A DNA stretch of 64,000 nt from Clostridia bacterium. Lineage in GTDB: Bacteria > Bacillota > Clostridia > TANB77 > CAG-508. Under the pieces are notes generated by a model, which saw only the letters and a list, made by a program, of their open reading frames with translations, made no database searches and had not been told where the DNA came from. Location: the NCBI GenBank assembly GCA_017404025.1, contig JAFRDD010000038.1, positions 413-64,412 of the forward strand. The letters run 5' to 3'. Made by a program: the position numbers and the translations under genes. Of this stretch, positions 39,958 to 49,474 are shown one piece after another (position 1 is the first letter of the stretch; each line of letters starts with the position of its first letter).

Positions 39958-40998
39958 TTATTGTTTCAAAAGTAAAAATGTATATGGTAACATACTATTA
40001 AATGAAATCAAATGTATTAAGTAATATCCCATAAATAAAATAGCAACAATTATCATACTTTTATTATAATTGTTTCTAAAAATATTTTTAAATAAATTTG
40101 GTAATGCAAATACCAAATATATTGAAAAATAGTATCCTGGTCTGACAGCAACTGTATTAGATAATGATAATAAGTAAAAGAATAATGAAAATGTAGCTAA
40201 AATTATATAATAATTATTACCTTCATTGATTTGTTCAATCAAATTTTTATACTTTATTAATATAAACACTATAATAATATGAAAAATCATTATAACGTAT
40301 GTTCCTGCCCCCGCTTTGGAAAATGTATATCCATTAATATTTGAATATGAATTATACTTATCAATATGTAAAGTAATAAACTCAAAAATAGGATTGTACG
40401 CAATTAAGCCTAAAATCATTATTAAAAAGATGATTCTTAAATTTTTTTTATTTATATTAATTCTGTTAATAAAATAAATTGGAATCATTATAAAAGCACT
40501 AGTATGAACTAATCCTGCAACAATTATAACCAAAAAATATTTTAATGCTTTTCTATCATAAATATATTTAAAAGCGACTAGCGTTATAGCAATTGCTAAT
40601 GTTTGTCTTATGGTATTAAAACATAATGCATAATAGCCCAAACAAACAAACAAAAACAATGAAGTTGCTGGAAAATTTGACTGTTTCTTGATTTGTATAT
40701 AAAACAAAGATATTGTTATTGTAGCAATAACAAAGAAAAATACATACACATTTAAATTAAAATTATTTAATAGATTAATAATTTGTTTAAAAATAAATTC
40801 TGTATCACTAAACACTTTTATATCTATATTACTATACATTCTAGTATATAATTGGTAATCTGTTCCTACATTATATCTTAATCCACAAATTAAAATCATA
40901 TATATAAGAATAATATAATCGTAAATTGTCATTTTCTTTATATTAATTTTTTTGGAAAACAAAATAATTAATATAGGAATAATTAAATAAAGTACCAT
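39958..40998 (-). CDS. EpsG-family polysaccharide polymerase (Wzy-like)
   Basis: 346 aa polytopic. GLRYNVGTDYQLY near the N-terminus and NTIRQTLAIAI are typical of EpsG. Confidence 0.75.
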   Translation of the reverse strand: MVLYLIIPILIILFSKKINIKKMTIYDYIILIYMILICGLRYNVGTDYQLYTRMYSNIDIKVFSDTEFIFKQIINLLNNFNLNVYVFFFVIATITISLFYIQIKKQSNFPATSLFLFVCLGYYALCFNTIRQTLAIAITLVAFKYIYDRKALKYFLVIIVAGLVHTSAFIMIPIYFINRININKKNLRIIFLIMILGLIAYNPIFEFITLHIDKYNSYSNINGYTFSKAGAGTYVIMIFHIIIVFILIKYKNLIEQINEGNNYYIILATFSLFFYLLSLSNTVAVRPGYYFSIYLVFALPNLFKNIFRNNYNKSMIIVAILFMGYYLIHLISFNSMLPYTFLLLKQ

Positions 40999-41011
40999 AT
41001 TCCCCCCTAGT

Positions 41012-41959
41012 TTAAATAAATATATATAATATTATTGCAATTTTAGTTTTTATCCTTACTTCTTTATTCCAAAATACATCTTTTCTATATTTCTTTATAT
41101 TTTTATATATTTCTTGTTTAAAATTTGATTTTTTATCGCATTTATTAATTTTCAATAATATACTAAAATTTGCATTAATAAATCTACACTTTGCAGCTTC
41201 TACTAACTCCTTATCTTTAATTTTTTTTATTTCACTAAACATCTCGCTTGTTTGATATATATAATCCATATCATTATTTTTAAACTTTCGTCCCATTATG
41301 CTGTCTTTACGCTTTAAGTAAAAATACTTTTTTTGATTAGAATAAACTATTCTATTACTATTTAATATGACTTTATAAATGGTTGAAATATCCTCATATA
41401 ATTTACCACATGGAAAAAGCACATTTTCTAATACTTCTTTTTTATAAATTTTTCCCCAAGCTGATGTATCAAAAATCTTTTGATATAACATCTCTTTTAA
41501 TGCATTTTTTTTATCCATTATTATAATTTTTTCTTTCTTATTAGTATATTCTTTAAATTTTTTATCTTCATAAAATATAATTGGTGAAGTTATACCTATT
41601 TCCGAATTATTATTTCTTACTAAATTATATAAATAACTAACAAAATCTTTTGAAATATAGTCATCACTGTCTACAAAAACAATCCAATTACCAGTAGCTC
41701 TTTTCATACCATAGTTTCTTGCATCTGACAAACCACCATTTTCTTTATGTATTACTATAACTCTGTTATCTTTTTCTGCATATTCATCACATATTTCAGG
41801 ACAATTATCTGGTGAACCATCATCTACTAATATAATTTCTAAATTTTTATATTCCTGTTCTATAATACTATCAATACATCTTTTTATATACTTCTCTACT
41901 TTATAAATTGGAATAATAATACTAATTTTTTCTTCCATAGTCACCTTTCCAATCTTCAT
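41012..41959 (-). CDS. GT2-family glycosyltransferase
   Basis: ISIIIPIYKVEKYIKRCIDSI, ILVDDGSPDNC, VFVDSDDY. The true start is probably the ATG at 41938 (MEEKISIIIP). Confidence 0.85.
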   Translation of the reverse strand: MKIGKVTMEEKISIIIPIYKVEKYIKRCIDSIIEQEYKNLEIILVDDGSPDNCPEICDEYAEKDNRVIVIHKENGGLSDARNYGMKRATGNWIVFVDSDDYISKDFVSYLYNLVRNNNSEIGITSPIIFYEDKKFKEYTNKKEKIIIMDKKNALKEMLYQKIFDTSAWGKIYKKEVLENVLFPCGKLYEDISTIYKVILNSNRIVYSNQKKYFYLKRKDSIMGRKFKNNDMDYIYQTSEMFSEIKKIKDKELVEAAKCRFINANFSILLKINKCDKKSNFKQEIYKNIKKYRKDVFWNKEVRIKTKIAIILYIFI

Positions 41960-42530
41960 ATAATTTTAAAAATAATTTATTTTCTTTAGAATCACTTGAC
42001 CAAGGTCCACAAATCATAGTATCCTTATATATATTAAAATCAGGAATTATAATTGCCTTACTCATATAATTAAATACAGCAGTTTTTATATTAGCATTAA
42101 TAAAATATTCTTGCAAAGCTTTTTTAGTTTCAATTATTGAATACCCTGAATCTATAGAATCATCAACTAATAATATATTTTTTCTGCTACTATATTTGTT
42201 ATATATTGTTTTATTAAATTCTATATATCTATCACTGTTTACCTCATGATAATCTGAATTCATTTCTTTTGCCCTGAGTTTTATTAATGTTTTTTTAGGA
42301 ATCAATTTAAAAAATGGCTTTATTATTTTCTTAAAACTACCACCTTTCCTAGTCGCTTTTATCTCTAATAGAGGAACATTATTTAACAATGCAAGCTCTT
42401 TTCCTATTGGAAACGATCCTTTTGCTATAAATATGACTAAATCATATTCAAAATTCTTTTTTTTTATATCACTATATAACTTTTTACTTTCTTCCTTTAC
42501 GTTTTTTAATGATAATTCTATGTATTCCAT
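41922..42530 (-). CDS. Type I phosphoribosyltransferase-fold protein
   Basis: PRPP-binding motif ILLVDDSIDSGYSI. Start at ATG 42530 (MEYIELS) with RBS AAAGGAG 6 nt upstream. Confidence 0.7.
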   Translation of the reverse strand: MEYIELSLKNVKEESKKLYSDIKKKNFEYDLVIFIAKGSFPIGKELALLNNVPLLEIKATRKGGSFKKIIKPFFKLIPKKTLIKLRAKEMNSDYHEVNSDRYIEFNKTIYNKYSSRKNILLVDDSIDSGYSIIETKKALQEYFINANIKTAVFNYMSKAIIIPDFNIYKDTMICGPWSSDSKENKLFLKLYEDWKGDYGRKN

Positions 42531-43209
42531 CAAAATCTCCTTTTTCAACCATTGTAATTATTCTAGCTAATTTTGTAATATAATGTGCTATCTTAATACA
42601 TTTTTTTGTATGGAATGTACCATCTTCTACATCTTTTATTAAATTATCTTTTCCATTATACTTTAATAAAACATAATTTCTTCCAAGTTCAATAAATGTA
42701 TGTGCATCACTTCCAATTATTGGATTAATATCTAATAATTCTTGTCTTTTCTTTTGTTCATCATCAAATGATTCTTTTATATTTCTACCATTATGGATCT
42801 CAATAAAATCAAAATAATCTTTGAATTTTTTTTGCATATCATCTTGAAGTACTGTTTTGTATCTTTTTTCATCATAAGGATGTGGTAAATAAGTCAGTCC
42901 ACCCTGATTTTTAATTTGTTTTATAGTTTCTTCTACTGTTTGATTATCTTTAATCTTTTCTGTTAAATATAATCCTATTATTTCACCTTTCTGTGTCATT
43001 ATTTCTTCTCCAACTATAACATCAATATTAAATCTTTTTAAAAATTTTTTATACTTTTGCGCTCCCCTAATTTCATTATGATCAGTTATGGCTAATAATT
43101 TAATTTTTCGTATTTTGCACATAAATAAAATAAAGAATTTATTTAATATACTATCTTTTGAATATCTTGTATGGACATGAAATTCTGCTCTAATAAAATC
43201 TTCTTTCAT
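42484..43209 (-). CDS. PHP-domain metal-dependent phosphoesterase
   Basis: 241 aa. FHVHTRYSKDS, AITDHNEIRGA, GSDAHT motifs of the PHP (polymerase/histidinol phosphatase) superfamily. Confidence 0.75.
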   Translation of the reverse strand: MKEDFIRAEFHVHTRYSKDSILNKFFILFMCKIRKIKLLAITDHNEIRGAQKYKKFLKRFNIDVIVGEEIMTQKGEIIGLYLTEKIKDNQTVEETIKQIKNQGGLTYLPHPYDEKRYKTVLQDDMQKKFKDYFDFIEIHNGRNIKESFDDEQKKRQELLDINPIIGSDAHTFIELGRNYVLLKYNGKDNLIKDVEDGTFHTKKCIKIAHYITKLARIITMVEKGDFDGIHRIIIKKRKGRK

Positions 43210-43213
43210 GCTA

Positions 43214-43996
43214 TTAAACCGCTCCTTCTTTCTTTACTACAGAAATAACTGTTTTGAATAATAATTTAATATCCAATAAAACAGAAAATTTATTAACATA
43301 TTGGCACTCCATCATTATTCTTTCTTCATATGTAGTATTACTTCTACCATTTGCAGCCCAATATCCAGTTATTCCAGGTTTTACAGAGAATACATAACTT
43401 GCATATTCTCCAAACATTTCAACTTCATCTTCAACAACAGCTCTAGGTCCAACTAAGCTCATATTTCCAATTAACACATTTATAAATTGTGGAAATTCAT
43501 CTAAAGAAGTTTTTCTTAAAAACTTTCCTATTGCAGTAATTCTTGGATCATTTTGCAACTTTCTATTTTTTTTCCATTCTTTTCTCAATTCAGGATTTTC
43601 TGCAAGTAGTTTTTTCAATACTTCATCTGCATTTACAAGCATTGTTCTAAATTTATAAATTTTGAATTTTTTTCCATTCTTTCCTATACGAGTTTGACTA
43701 TAAAAAAGTGGTCCAAAATCTCCATGAATAAAATTAACAACTGCAACAACTAACGTTAATGGTATTAACATTAGTATTCCTACAATTGAACCTAAAATAT
43801 CAACTGCTCTTTTGGTTCCTATGTTTAATGTTTTTACAATAGGTAACTGCTTCTTTACTATTGATATTCCTAGAGGTTCTTTTTTGTTTTTTTCAAATTC
43901 TATATTCTCTTCTATTTCTTCTTTATTAACTTTTTTTAATCTAGGCATACCGCCTAAAACATCTAAATCAGTTACAGCAATTTGACTAGTTTTCAT
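43214..43996 (-). CDS. Initiating undecaprenyl-phosphate sugar phosphotransferase (CpsE/WbaP C-terminal type)
   Basis: Bacterial sugar transferase domain: FYSQTRIGKNGKKFKIYKFRTM, DEFPQFINVLIGNMSLVGPR. Start at ATG 43996 after RBS GGGGGA. Confidence 0.85.
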   Translation of the reverse strand: MKTSQIAVTDLDVLGGMPRLKKVNKEEIEENIEFEKNKKEPLGISIVKKQLPIVKTLNIGTKRAVDILGSIVGILMLIPLTLVVAVVNFIHGDFGPLFYSQTRIGKNGKKFKIYKFRTMLVNADEVLKKLLAENPELRKEWKKNRKLQNDPRITAIGKFLRKTSLDEFPQFINVLIGNMSLVGPRAVVEDEVEMFGEYASYVFSVKPGITGYWAANGRSNTTYEERIMMECQYVNKFSVLLDIKLLFKTVISVVKKEGAV

Positions 43997-44108
43997 ATTT
44001 AACATCCCCCGCAATTAAATTTAACATCATTTTGAAAAGCTAGATGATATTTTAACATAATAGAAATTTTTTTACAATATTTTTTATATTTTTTAGGTAA
44101 AAAACTAA

Positions 44109-44140
44109 TCAAAAAAACACATCACAATACGTGATGTGTT
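44109..44140 (-). terminator. Rho-independent terminator between the regulatory (cpsCDB) and glycosyltransferase units
   Basis: AACACATCAC / GTGATGTGTT 10-bp stem, 5-nt loop, followed on the minus strand by TTTTTTT. Confidence 0.7.
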
Positions 44141-44146
44141 TATATT

Positions 44147-44899
44147 CTATTTATAACCACCAAATATTGTTTTCTTAATTTCTTCTTGATCTTCAACTTC
44201 TATTTTTTCATTTCTTAATAATTTTTCTTGGTTCATTTGTGTTAATTCAATAAAATATCTTTCGTCTACCATTTTTCTTATTTTATCTATTGCAATTGAA
44301 ACTTTTTCATAAGTTCCAACTCTGTGTACATCTGAACCCAAAAAATCTACCAACTTATGTCTTAACAATAATTTGACGGTTTCTTCTGATTCTTTCCCAT
44401 ATTTTCCTGTTATACTCTCAAAATTTGATTGCATATAAATTCCTCTGTGTTTCCATTCTTCAACCAATTTGGGGTTATTTTTTACTATTTCATATCTTTC
44501 TGGATGTGCCATTATTGGTAAATAATTATTTCTTTTTAAATCATCAATCATTTTGTTGAAAAATGATACATTATTACCAAATGGTATCTCAAAAAGTACA
44601 TATCTTGTATTATCAATACTTGAAGCTTTCTTTTCTTTTAATAATTCAATTATATCTGGTGTTGCAAAAATTTCACTTCCTATTCTTAGGTCAAAATTTC
44701 CTGTCATATTTCTTAAGTTGTTTATTTTTTCTTTTCTAAAATATTCATCTTTTTCGAATCTACCTTCATAGTAATGCGAAGTTGAAATTATTTTTGTAAA
44801 ACCAGCTTCTATTGCTTCTTGTATTATTTTTAAACTATCTTCTAAACTAACAGCTCCATCATCTGTTTCTGATAAAATATGACTATGTATATCTATCAT
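44147..44899 (-). CDS. cpsB: PHP-family protein-tyrosine phosphatase (CpsB/YwqE type)
   Basis: 250 aa. MIDIHSHILSETDDGA, TSHY, AHPERY, GSDVH motifs. Confidence 0.88.
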   Translation of the reverse strand: MIDIHSHILSETDDGAVSLEDSLKIIQEAIEAGFTKIISTSHYYEGRFEKDEYFRKEKINNLRNMTGNFDLRIGSEIFATPDIIELLKEKKASSIDNTRYVLFEIPFGNNVSFFNKMIDDLKRNNYLPIMAHPERYEIVKNNPKLVEEWKHRGIYMQSNFESITGKYGKESEETVKLLLRHKLVDFLGSDVHRVGTYEKVSIAIDKIRKMVDERYFIELTQMNQEKLLRNEKIEVEDQEEIKKTIFGGYK

Positions 44900-44910
44900 T
44901 TTTTTACCTT

Positions 44911-45861
44911 CTATAAATTAATTTGATTTTTTATTTTAGCTATTTTTTCCATAGCTTTTCTTCTTTCTTCTTCTTGTTTTCTTATTTTGTTTGCTCTCTT
45001 CTTCTCTTCTCTTTCCAATTTATTTTTATTTATATTTTTTGATATCCTTTTTAATAATCTTTTTACTGCTTTTATTATTCTTTTGAAAAATACTACTACA
45101 ATATTTCCTTCATGCACAGTTGGAAGTCTATTATATTCATAATCAGCAGCTTCACTTACTCCATAACCATAACCATATCCATATCGATAACCATACCCAT
45201 ATCTATAACTTCCTCTTTTTGTTGGCACTTTGTTTAATACAACTCCTGCGATTTTTCCTCCAACTTTTTCTATTTCTTCTTTTACTTGTTTTAAATTATC
45301 AGTTTTTGTTTTATTATATTCAGCAATTATTATTGTAGAATTTACTTTTCTAGATAAAATTAACGCATCTGTTACTAATAACGATGGTGTTCCATCAAAT
45401 ATAACTACATCTGCAATCTTTTCTAATTCTTTAAATAAATCATCTACTCTTTCAGAAAGTAATAATTCTGATGGATTTGGTGGTATATCTCCAGCAGTTA
45501 ATACATATAAATTCTCTACTTCAGTTTTTTGAATTACATTTTCTAAAGTATTATCTTCTTCTTTTATATTTACACCTGACAAGTAATTTGATAATCCTGG
45601 TGTTAAAGGTAAATCAAATACATAATGCATTGTACCTTTTCTCATATCTGAATCTATTATTATCGTTCTTTTTCCTGCTTGTGCATATGCTACAGCCAAA
45701 TTTGATGATACCCAACTCTTTCCTTCAGATGGCAATGTACTTGTTATAAGTATTGTTTGTATTCCTTTGCTTGGTCTCATAAATTGTAAGTCTGTTCTTA
45801 ATGTTTTTACCGCCTCAGCTAAAGGTGATCTTGAATCTACATTTGTTACTATGTTTTTCAT
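44911..45861 (-). CDS. cpsD: BY-kinase (CpsD/YwqD-type tyrosine-protein kinase) with an unusual basic C-terminal extension
   Basis: 316 aa. Walker A STLPSEGKS, A' IIIDSDMRKG, Walker B VVIFDGTP. Tyr cluster SYRYGYGYRYGYGYGYG followed by about 85 further residues rich in K/R/E. Confidence 0.85.
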   Translation of the reverse strand: MKNIVTNVDSRSPLAEAVKTLRTDLQFMRPSKGIQTILITSTLPSEGKSWVSSNLAVAYAQAGKRTIIIDSDMRKGTMHYVFDLPLTPGLSNYLSGVNIKEEDNTLENVIQKTEVENLYVLTAGDIPPNPSELLLSERVDDLFKELEKIADVVIFDGTPSLLVTDALILSRKVNSTIIIAEYNKTKTDNLKQVKEEIEKVGGKIAGVVLNKVPTKRGSYRYGYGYRYGYGYGYGVSEAADYEYNRLPTVHEGNIVVVFFKRIIKAVKRLLKRISKNINKNKLEREEKKRANKIRKQEEERRKAMEKIAKIKNQINL

Positions 45862-46652
45862 TATGCGTTTGCACCTCCCTTTTTATCTGTTACTTTTTTT
45901 CCAAGTAATACTAATACTGGTGCTCCTACTTCTTTTTCAATCTTTTCCTTATTTTTTGTTGTATTGTCAAACATATTTATTACAAATACATACCCACATG
46001 CAAGTACCAATCCTGCTACTGCTGCTATTGCTATATATTTTTTATGATCTATATTATATGGAATACTTGGAATCTCTGCAACATCCAATGTATATACATT
46101 ATTTATTTTATACATTTCTGTTACTTTTTCACTAAACACTTTTGCAATTTCATTTGCAACTTTTGCTGCATATTCTGCATTTTCATTTACTACACTAACT
46201 TCAATTACAGAAGAGTCTTCAACAGCTGTTACAGTTATATTCTTTTTTAACTTTTCTTCTTTTTCTCTTAATTCTTCTTCTCTTTCCATTAATTTTTGTT
46301 CAATGTTTCTAGCTTCATCAGCATCCATTTCCTCTGTAATAGTTAAACCTTCTAAATTATTTATTACTGCACTTAGTACTGTTCTACTTTTTATAATTTT
46401 ACTATATGTTGTTACCAATTTTTGGTTTAATGTTACATCAGTTTGTGTAATCGCTTCTGTTACCGTTGATATTCCATCTATATTTGATTCTGTTTTTGTT
46501 AATACTAAAGTTGTTGTTGCTTTATATTTGGGCGTATTTAAATAAAATGAATATACTCCACCCAAAATAGCAAAAAGTATTGTTACTGCTATAATTAAAA
46601 ATTTCTTTTCTAAAAATAACTTAAAAATTTCTTTTAAATCAATTTCTTCCAT
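45861..46652 (-). CDS. cpsC: Wzz/CpsC-type chain-length regulator (BY-kinase transmembrane activator)
   Basis: 263 aa. N-terminal Wzz motif EIDLKEIFKLFLEKKFLIIAVT..PKYKATTTLVL, coiled periplasm-like loop, second TM. ATGA overlap with the kinase. Confidence 0.85.
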   Translation of the reverse strand: MEEIDLKEIFKLFLEKKFLIIAVTILFAILGGVYSFYLNTPKYKATTTLVLTKTESNIDGISTVTEAITQTDVTLNQKLVTTYSKIIKSRTVLSAVINNLEGLTITEEMDADEARNIEQKLMEREEELREKEEKLKKNITVTAVEDSSVIEVSVVNENAEYAAKVANEIAKVFSEKVTEMYKINNVYTLDVAEIPSIPYNIDHKKYIAIAAVAGLVLACGYVFVINMFDNTTKNKEKIEKEVGAPVLVLLGKKVTDKKGGANA

Positions 46653-46754
46653 TTTTTCCCCCTATTTCGACATCCTTTTTATTTAGTTTTATAATTTCAC
46701 TGCATTGCTCGACATTATATCATAAGATAACATAATTTTCAAGCATTATGTATA

Positions 46755-47582
46755 TTATTTTTTTGTGTTTTTCTCATATACTTTTATATAATATGGCTGA
46801 ATATCTTTTAAAAGACTATCTATATAAATAATATTTCCATCTACATCTTCAACTTTTATATTTGGAAACGTTTTTAACATTTTTTTATTACCCCAAAATT
46901 TATATATGATACTAGACAATTTTTCATTACCATATATCTCATTATATTGCTTTGTTACTTCTTCTCTATAACTAACATTCAAATCATTTTGTTCTATCAT
47001 TCTTATTAAAAATAAATTTAGTGTGGCAATTGTTAATATTCCGTCTAAAAGCATAACAATAGTTGTTGTTACAGTTATTATTTTTATTGCCTTTGAACTA
47101 ATTTTATTCTTTATATAATTCATTAATTTATCTATTCTAGGATTTAACCATCCCATTAAATACATAGCAAGAAATCCCCAAAATAATGAAAAGTATACAC
47201 AAATTCTACCATTTATATTAAGAGGCATATGTGAATAATCCCACCATTTTACATGAAGAAAAGTCTCTCCTAAAAAACTTATTACATATTCAGTTATAGA
47301 GCCTATAATAAATCCTCCAAAAAATAATGTATTATGATTTTTTGAAAAAAACTGTAAAAATATTATCATTATTACAGCTCCTACACCGTATATAGCACAA
47401 AACGGTCCATATATAAAACTTTGCCTACTTTCCAATACTCCTTTAGTTATCATTCCATATATTGTTTCTACAACAAATCCTATAACACTATAAATTATGA
47501 AATATGCAAAAATCCTCCAAAGACTTATTCCAAAAATTGTTATTTTTTTCTTGTCTTCAGGTTTATTTATACTTTCTTCCAT
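46755..47582 (-). CDS. Putative ABC-transporter type IV family (DUF1113-like) membrane protein
   Basis: 275 aa. YGPFCAIYGVGAV and WWDYSHMPLNINGRICV resemble the PF06541 signature. Confidence 0.55.
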   Translation of the reverse strand: MEESINKPEDKKKITIFGISLWRIFAYFIIYSVIGFVVETIYGMITKGVLESRQSFIYGPFCAIYGVGAVIMIIFLQFFSKNHNTLFFGGFIIGSITEYVISFLGETFLHVKWWDYSHMPLNINGRICVYFSLFWGFLAMYLMGWLNPRIDKLMNYIKNKISSKAIKIITVTTTIVMLLDGILTIATLNLFLIRMIEQNDLNVSYREEVTKQYNEIYGNEKLSSIIYKFWGNKKMLKTFPNIKVEDVDGNIIYIDSLLKDIQPYYIKVYEKNTKK

Positions 47583-47593
47583 CTTTTGCCTCC

Positions 47594-48109
47594 TTATTTT
47601 CCAGCTAGTGCTTTCAAATCTTCATCTTTTTTTAATTCGACACTTATAAATTGAAAAGCTCTTTTATCTTGTTTTACAGCAATTTGTGCTAATTCTTTAT
47701 CATTTCTAAGTCTTGCACTTGCATATTTTATTATTAATCCTTTATTTGAAATAGCTGCTTTTACTATGTCTCTATTATCTCTTAATTCTTCACTAGCATA
47801 ATATAATGTTTGCCCATACTCTTTTACACTCGACATTATTATGTCATAATCTGCTTTTAGTTTTTCAGAAGCATAACATGCGGTCCAAGGAGCTTTTGAT
47901 ACAGCAAGCATTACTATTTCTTTATTATCTTTTAATCTATCTGAAACATATTCTAAACTTTCTCCATCTTGATTTAATGCTGCTATTACTACTTCATTAT
48001 CATCTTTTAATTCATCTGATGCTAAATCTAAGAATTTTCCTTGTTCTTGTACTGCTTTTAACATGAATTCTTTATTATTACTATTTTTCTTTACTTCTTC
48101 TATTTCCAT
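47594..48109 (-). CDS. DUF4116 repeat protein
   Basis: 171 aa. Repeated A(V/L)xQxGxxLxYASxxLKxDxExV modules typical of DUF4116. Confidence 0.65.
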   Translation of the reverse strand: MEIEEVKKNSNNKEFMLKAVQEQGKFLDLASDELKDDNEVVIAALNQDGESLEYVSDRLKDNKEIVMLAVSKAPWTACYASEKLKADYDIIMSSVKEYGQTLYYASEELRDNRDIVKAAISNKGLIIKYASARLRNDKELAQIAVKQDKRAFQFISVELKKDEDLKALAGK

Positions 48110-48164
48110 TGCTTCTCCTTTTCTATCGAAAAAAGAGGCTACTTTATAAGTTAACCTCTTTAAA

Positions 48165-48365
48165 CTATGCCAAGTTATATTTTTTCTTAAATTTATCTGC
48201 TCTACTTCCAGCTGTATCTTGTCTTAAATTTCCTGTCCAGAATTGGTGACATTTTGAACAAACGTCTACTTTTATATCTTTTTTTGTTGAACCAACTTCT
48301 AAAACATTACCACATGCACATGTTATTGTTGTTGTTCCATAATTTGGATGTATTCCTTCTTTCAT
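48165..48365 (-). CDS. rpmE: 50S ribosomal protein L31 (zinc-ribbon type)
   Basis: 66 aa. MKEGIHPNY start, Cys pairs CAC and CSKCH. Confidence 0.95.
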   Translation of the reverse strand: MKEGIHPNYGTTTITCACGNVLEVGSTKKDIKVDVCSKCHQFWTGNLRQDTAGSRADKFKKKYNLA

Positions 48366-48439
48366 TTAAGTTCACCTCTTTCTCACTTTTTTATACGACT
48401 GCATTTTATAATAACATACTTTTTTATTATTTTCAAGTC

Positions 48440-48616
48440 TTATTTTGTTTTATTTTCATTTTTTTCATTTTCAACAGATCTATCATACATATATTGGGCA
48501 GAAGAAAGCATTTCTTCATTTAATGATAACTTATGTATTAATTTATTCATTATATTAAATACACATGCTACTATTAAAATAAACATTCCTATTTTTTTCC
48601 AGTATTTTGTTATCAT
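48440..48616 (-). CDS. Hypothetical 58-aa single-TM protein (not in ORF track)
   Basis: ATG preceded by GGGAGAGGA 7 nt upstream. MITKYWKKIGMFILIVACVFNIMNKLIHKLSLNEEMLSSAQYMYDRSVENEKNENKTK. Confidence 0.45.
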   Translation of the reverse strand: MITKYWKKIGMFILIVACVFNIMNKLIHKLSLNEEMLSSAQYMYDRSVENEKNENKTK

Positions 48617-48747
48617 TTTTTTCCTCTCCCTTCTCTTTATAACATATTAATTATACTTTTTTTTTTATAAATTGTCAATAATTTTGCACTTTTTTGGTTA
48701 TACTATTTTTAATATTTTATAAAAATTTATAAAAAGAAGGTTTTAAT

Positions 48748-49474
48748 ATGAGAAATTCAACAAAAATATTAATTATACTTGCAATTATTTTAGGACTTGG
48801 AATTGGTATATATTTTATTAGAAACAACATCAAAAAAGATGAAGGTTCAAGTAATTATGAAGCAGAAAAAACATCAACTCAAACTAATGAAATAAACAAT
48901 GTTGTAAATGATAATACTTCAAATTCTAATAATTCAAATCCTGCAGAAAAAGATAAAAATCCTATACAAAACGAATCTGTTGTAAATAATACAACACAGG
49001 AAAATTCAATTTCTAAAGAAGAAGAGCTTTCAAGTTTTTCAACAAAAATCGTTACTAAAGATTCAAATAGACAACATAACATTAATTTAACTTGTTCTAC
49101 TTTAGATAATACTATTGTTGAAGCAGGCTCTACATTTTCTTTTACAAACACCGTAGGCCAAGCAACATCAGCTAAAGGCTATAAAAAAGCTGATATTTTT
49201 GATGCAAATGGTAAAAAGAAAAAAGGACTTGGCGGTGGAAATTGCCAAATTAGTACTACCTTATACAATGCTGTTTTAGCAGTTCCAAATTTAGCTATTA
49301 TAGAACGACACGCTCATAGCAACTATGTCCCTTATATTCAAAAAGGTAAAGATGCCGCAGTAGCATATCGGAAGTTATGATTTCAAATTTCGAAATGATA
49401 CTGGTAGCAAAATTAAAATTAAAGCTCAAGCTTCAGAAAATGATATAACTATAAAATTAATAAAAATAAATTGA
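48748..49474 (+). CDS. VanW-like protein, interrupted by a +1 frame break at in-frame CGG (49369-49371)
   Basis: N-terminal TM. VanW core ..GSTFSFTNTVGQATSAKGYKKA..GGGNCQISTTLYNAV..ERHAHSNYVPYIQKGKDAAVAY then CGG AAG TTA TGA. +1 frame from GGA (49370): GSYDFKFRNDTGSKIKIKAQASENDITIKLIKIN*, the usual VanW C-terminus. Confidence 0.82.

Noticed and set aside
42484-42548. Long overlaps between adjacent ORFs (PHP/PRTase at 42484-42530; ytfI/ytfJ at 58649-58695), considered as further frameshift sites
   Set aside because: Each downstream gene has its own strong RBS and start. No CGG or homology discontinuity is seen. These are plausible genuine overlaps.
43997-44014. In-frame CGG in the ORF-track N-terminus of the sugar transferase (TTG CGG GGG ATG...)
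   Set aside because: This is a start-codon artefact. GGGGGA is the RBS for the ATG at 43996, so the CGG is non-coding and is not an exception to the CGG pattern.
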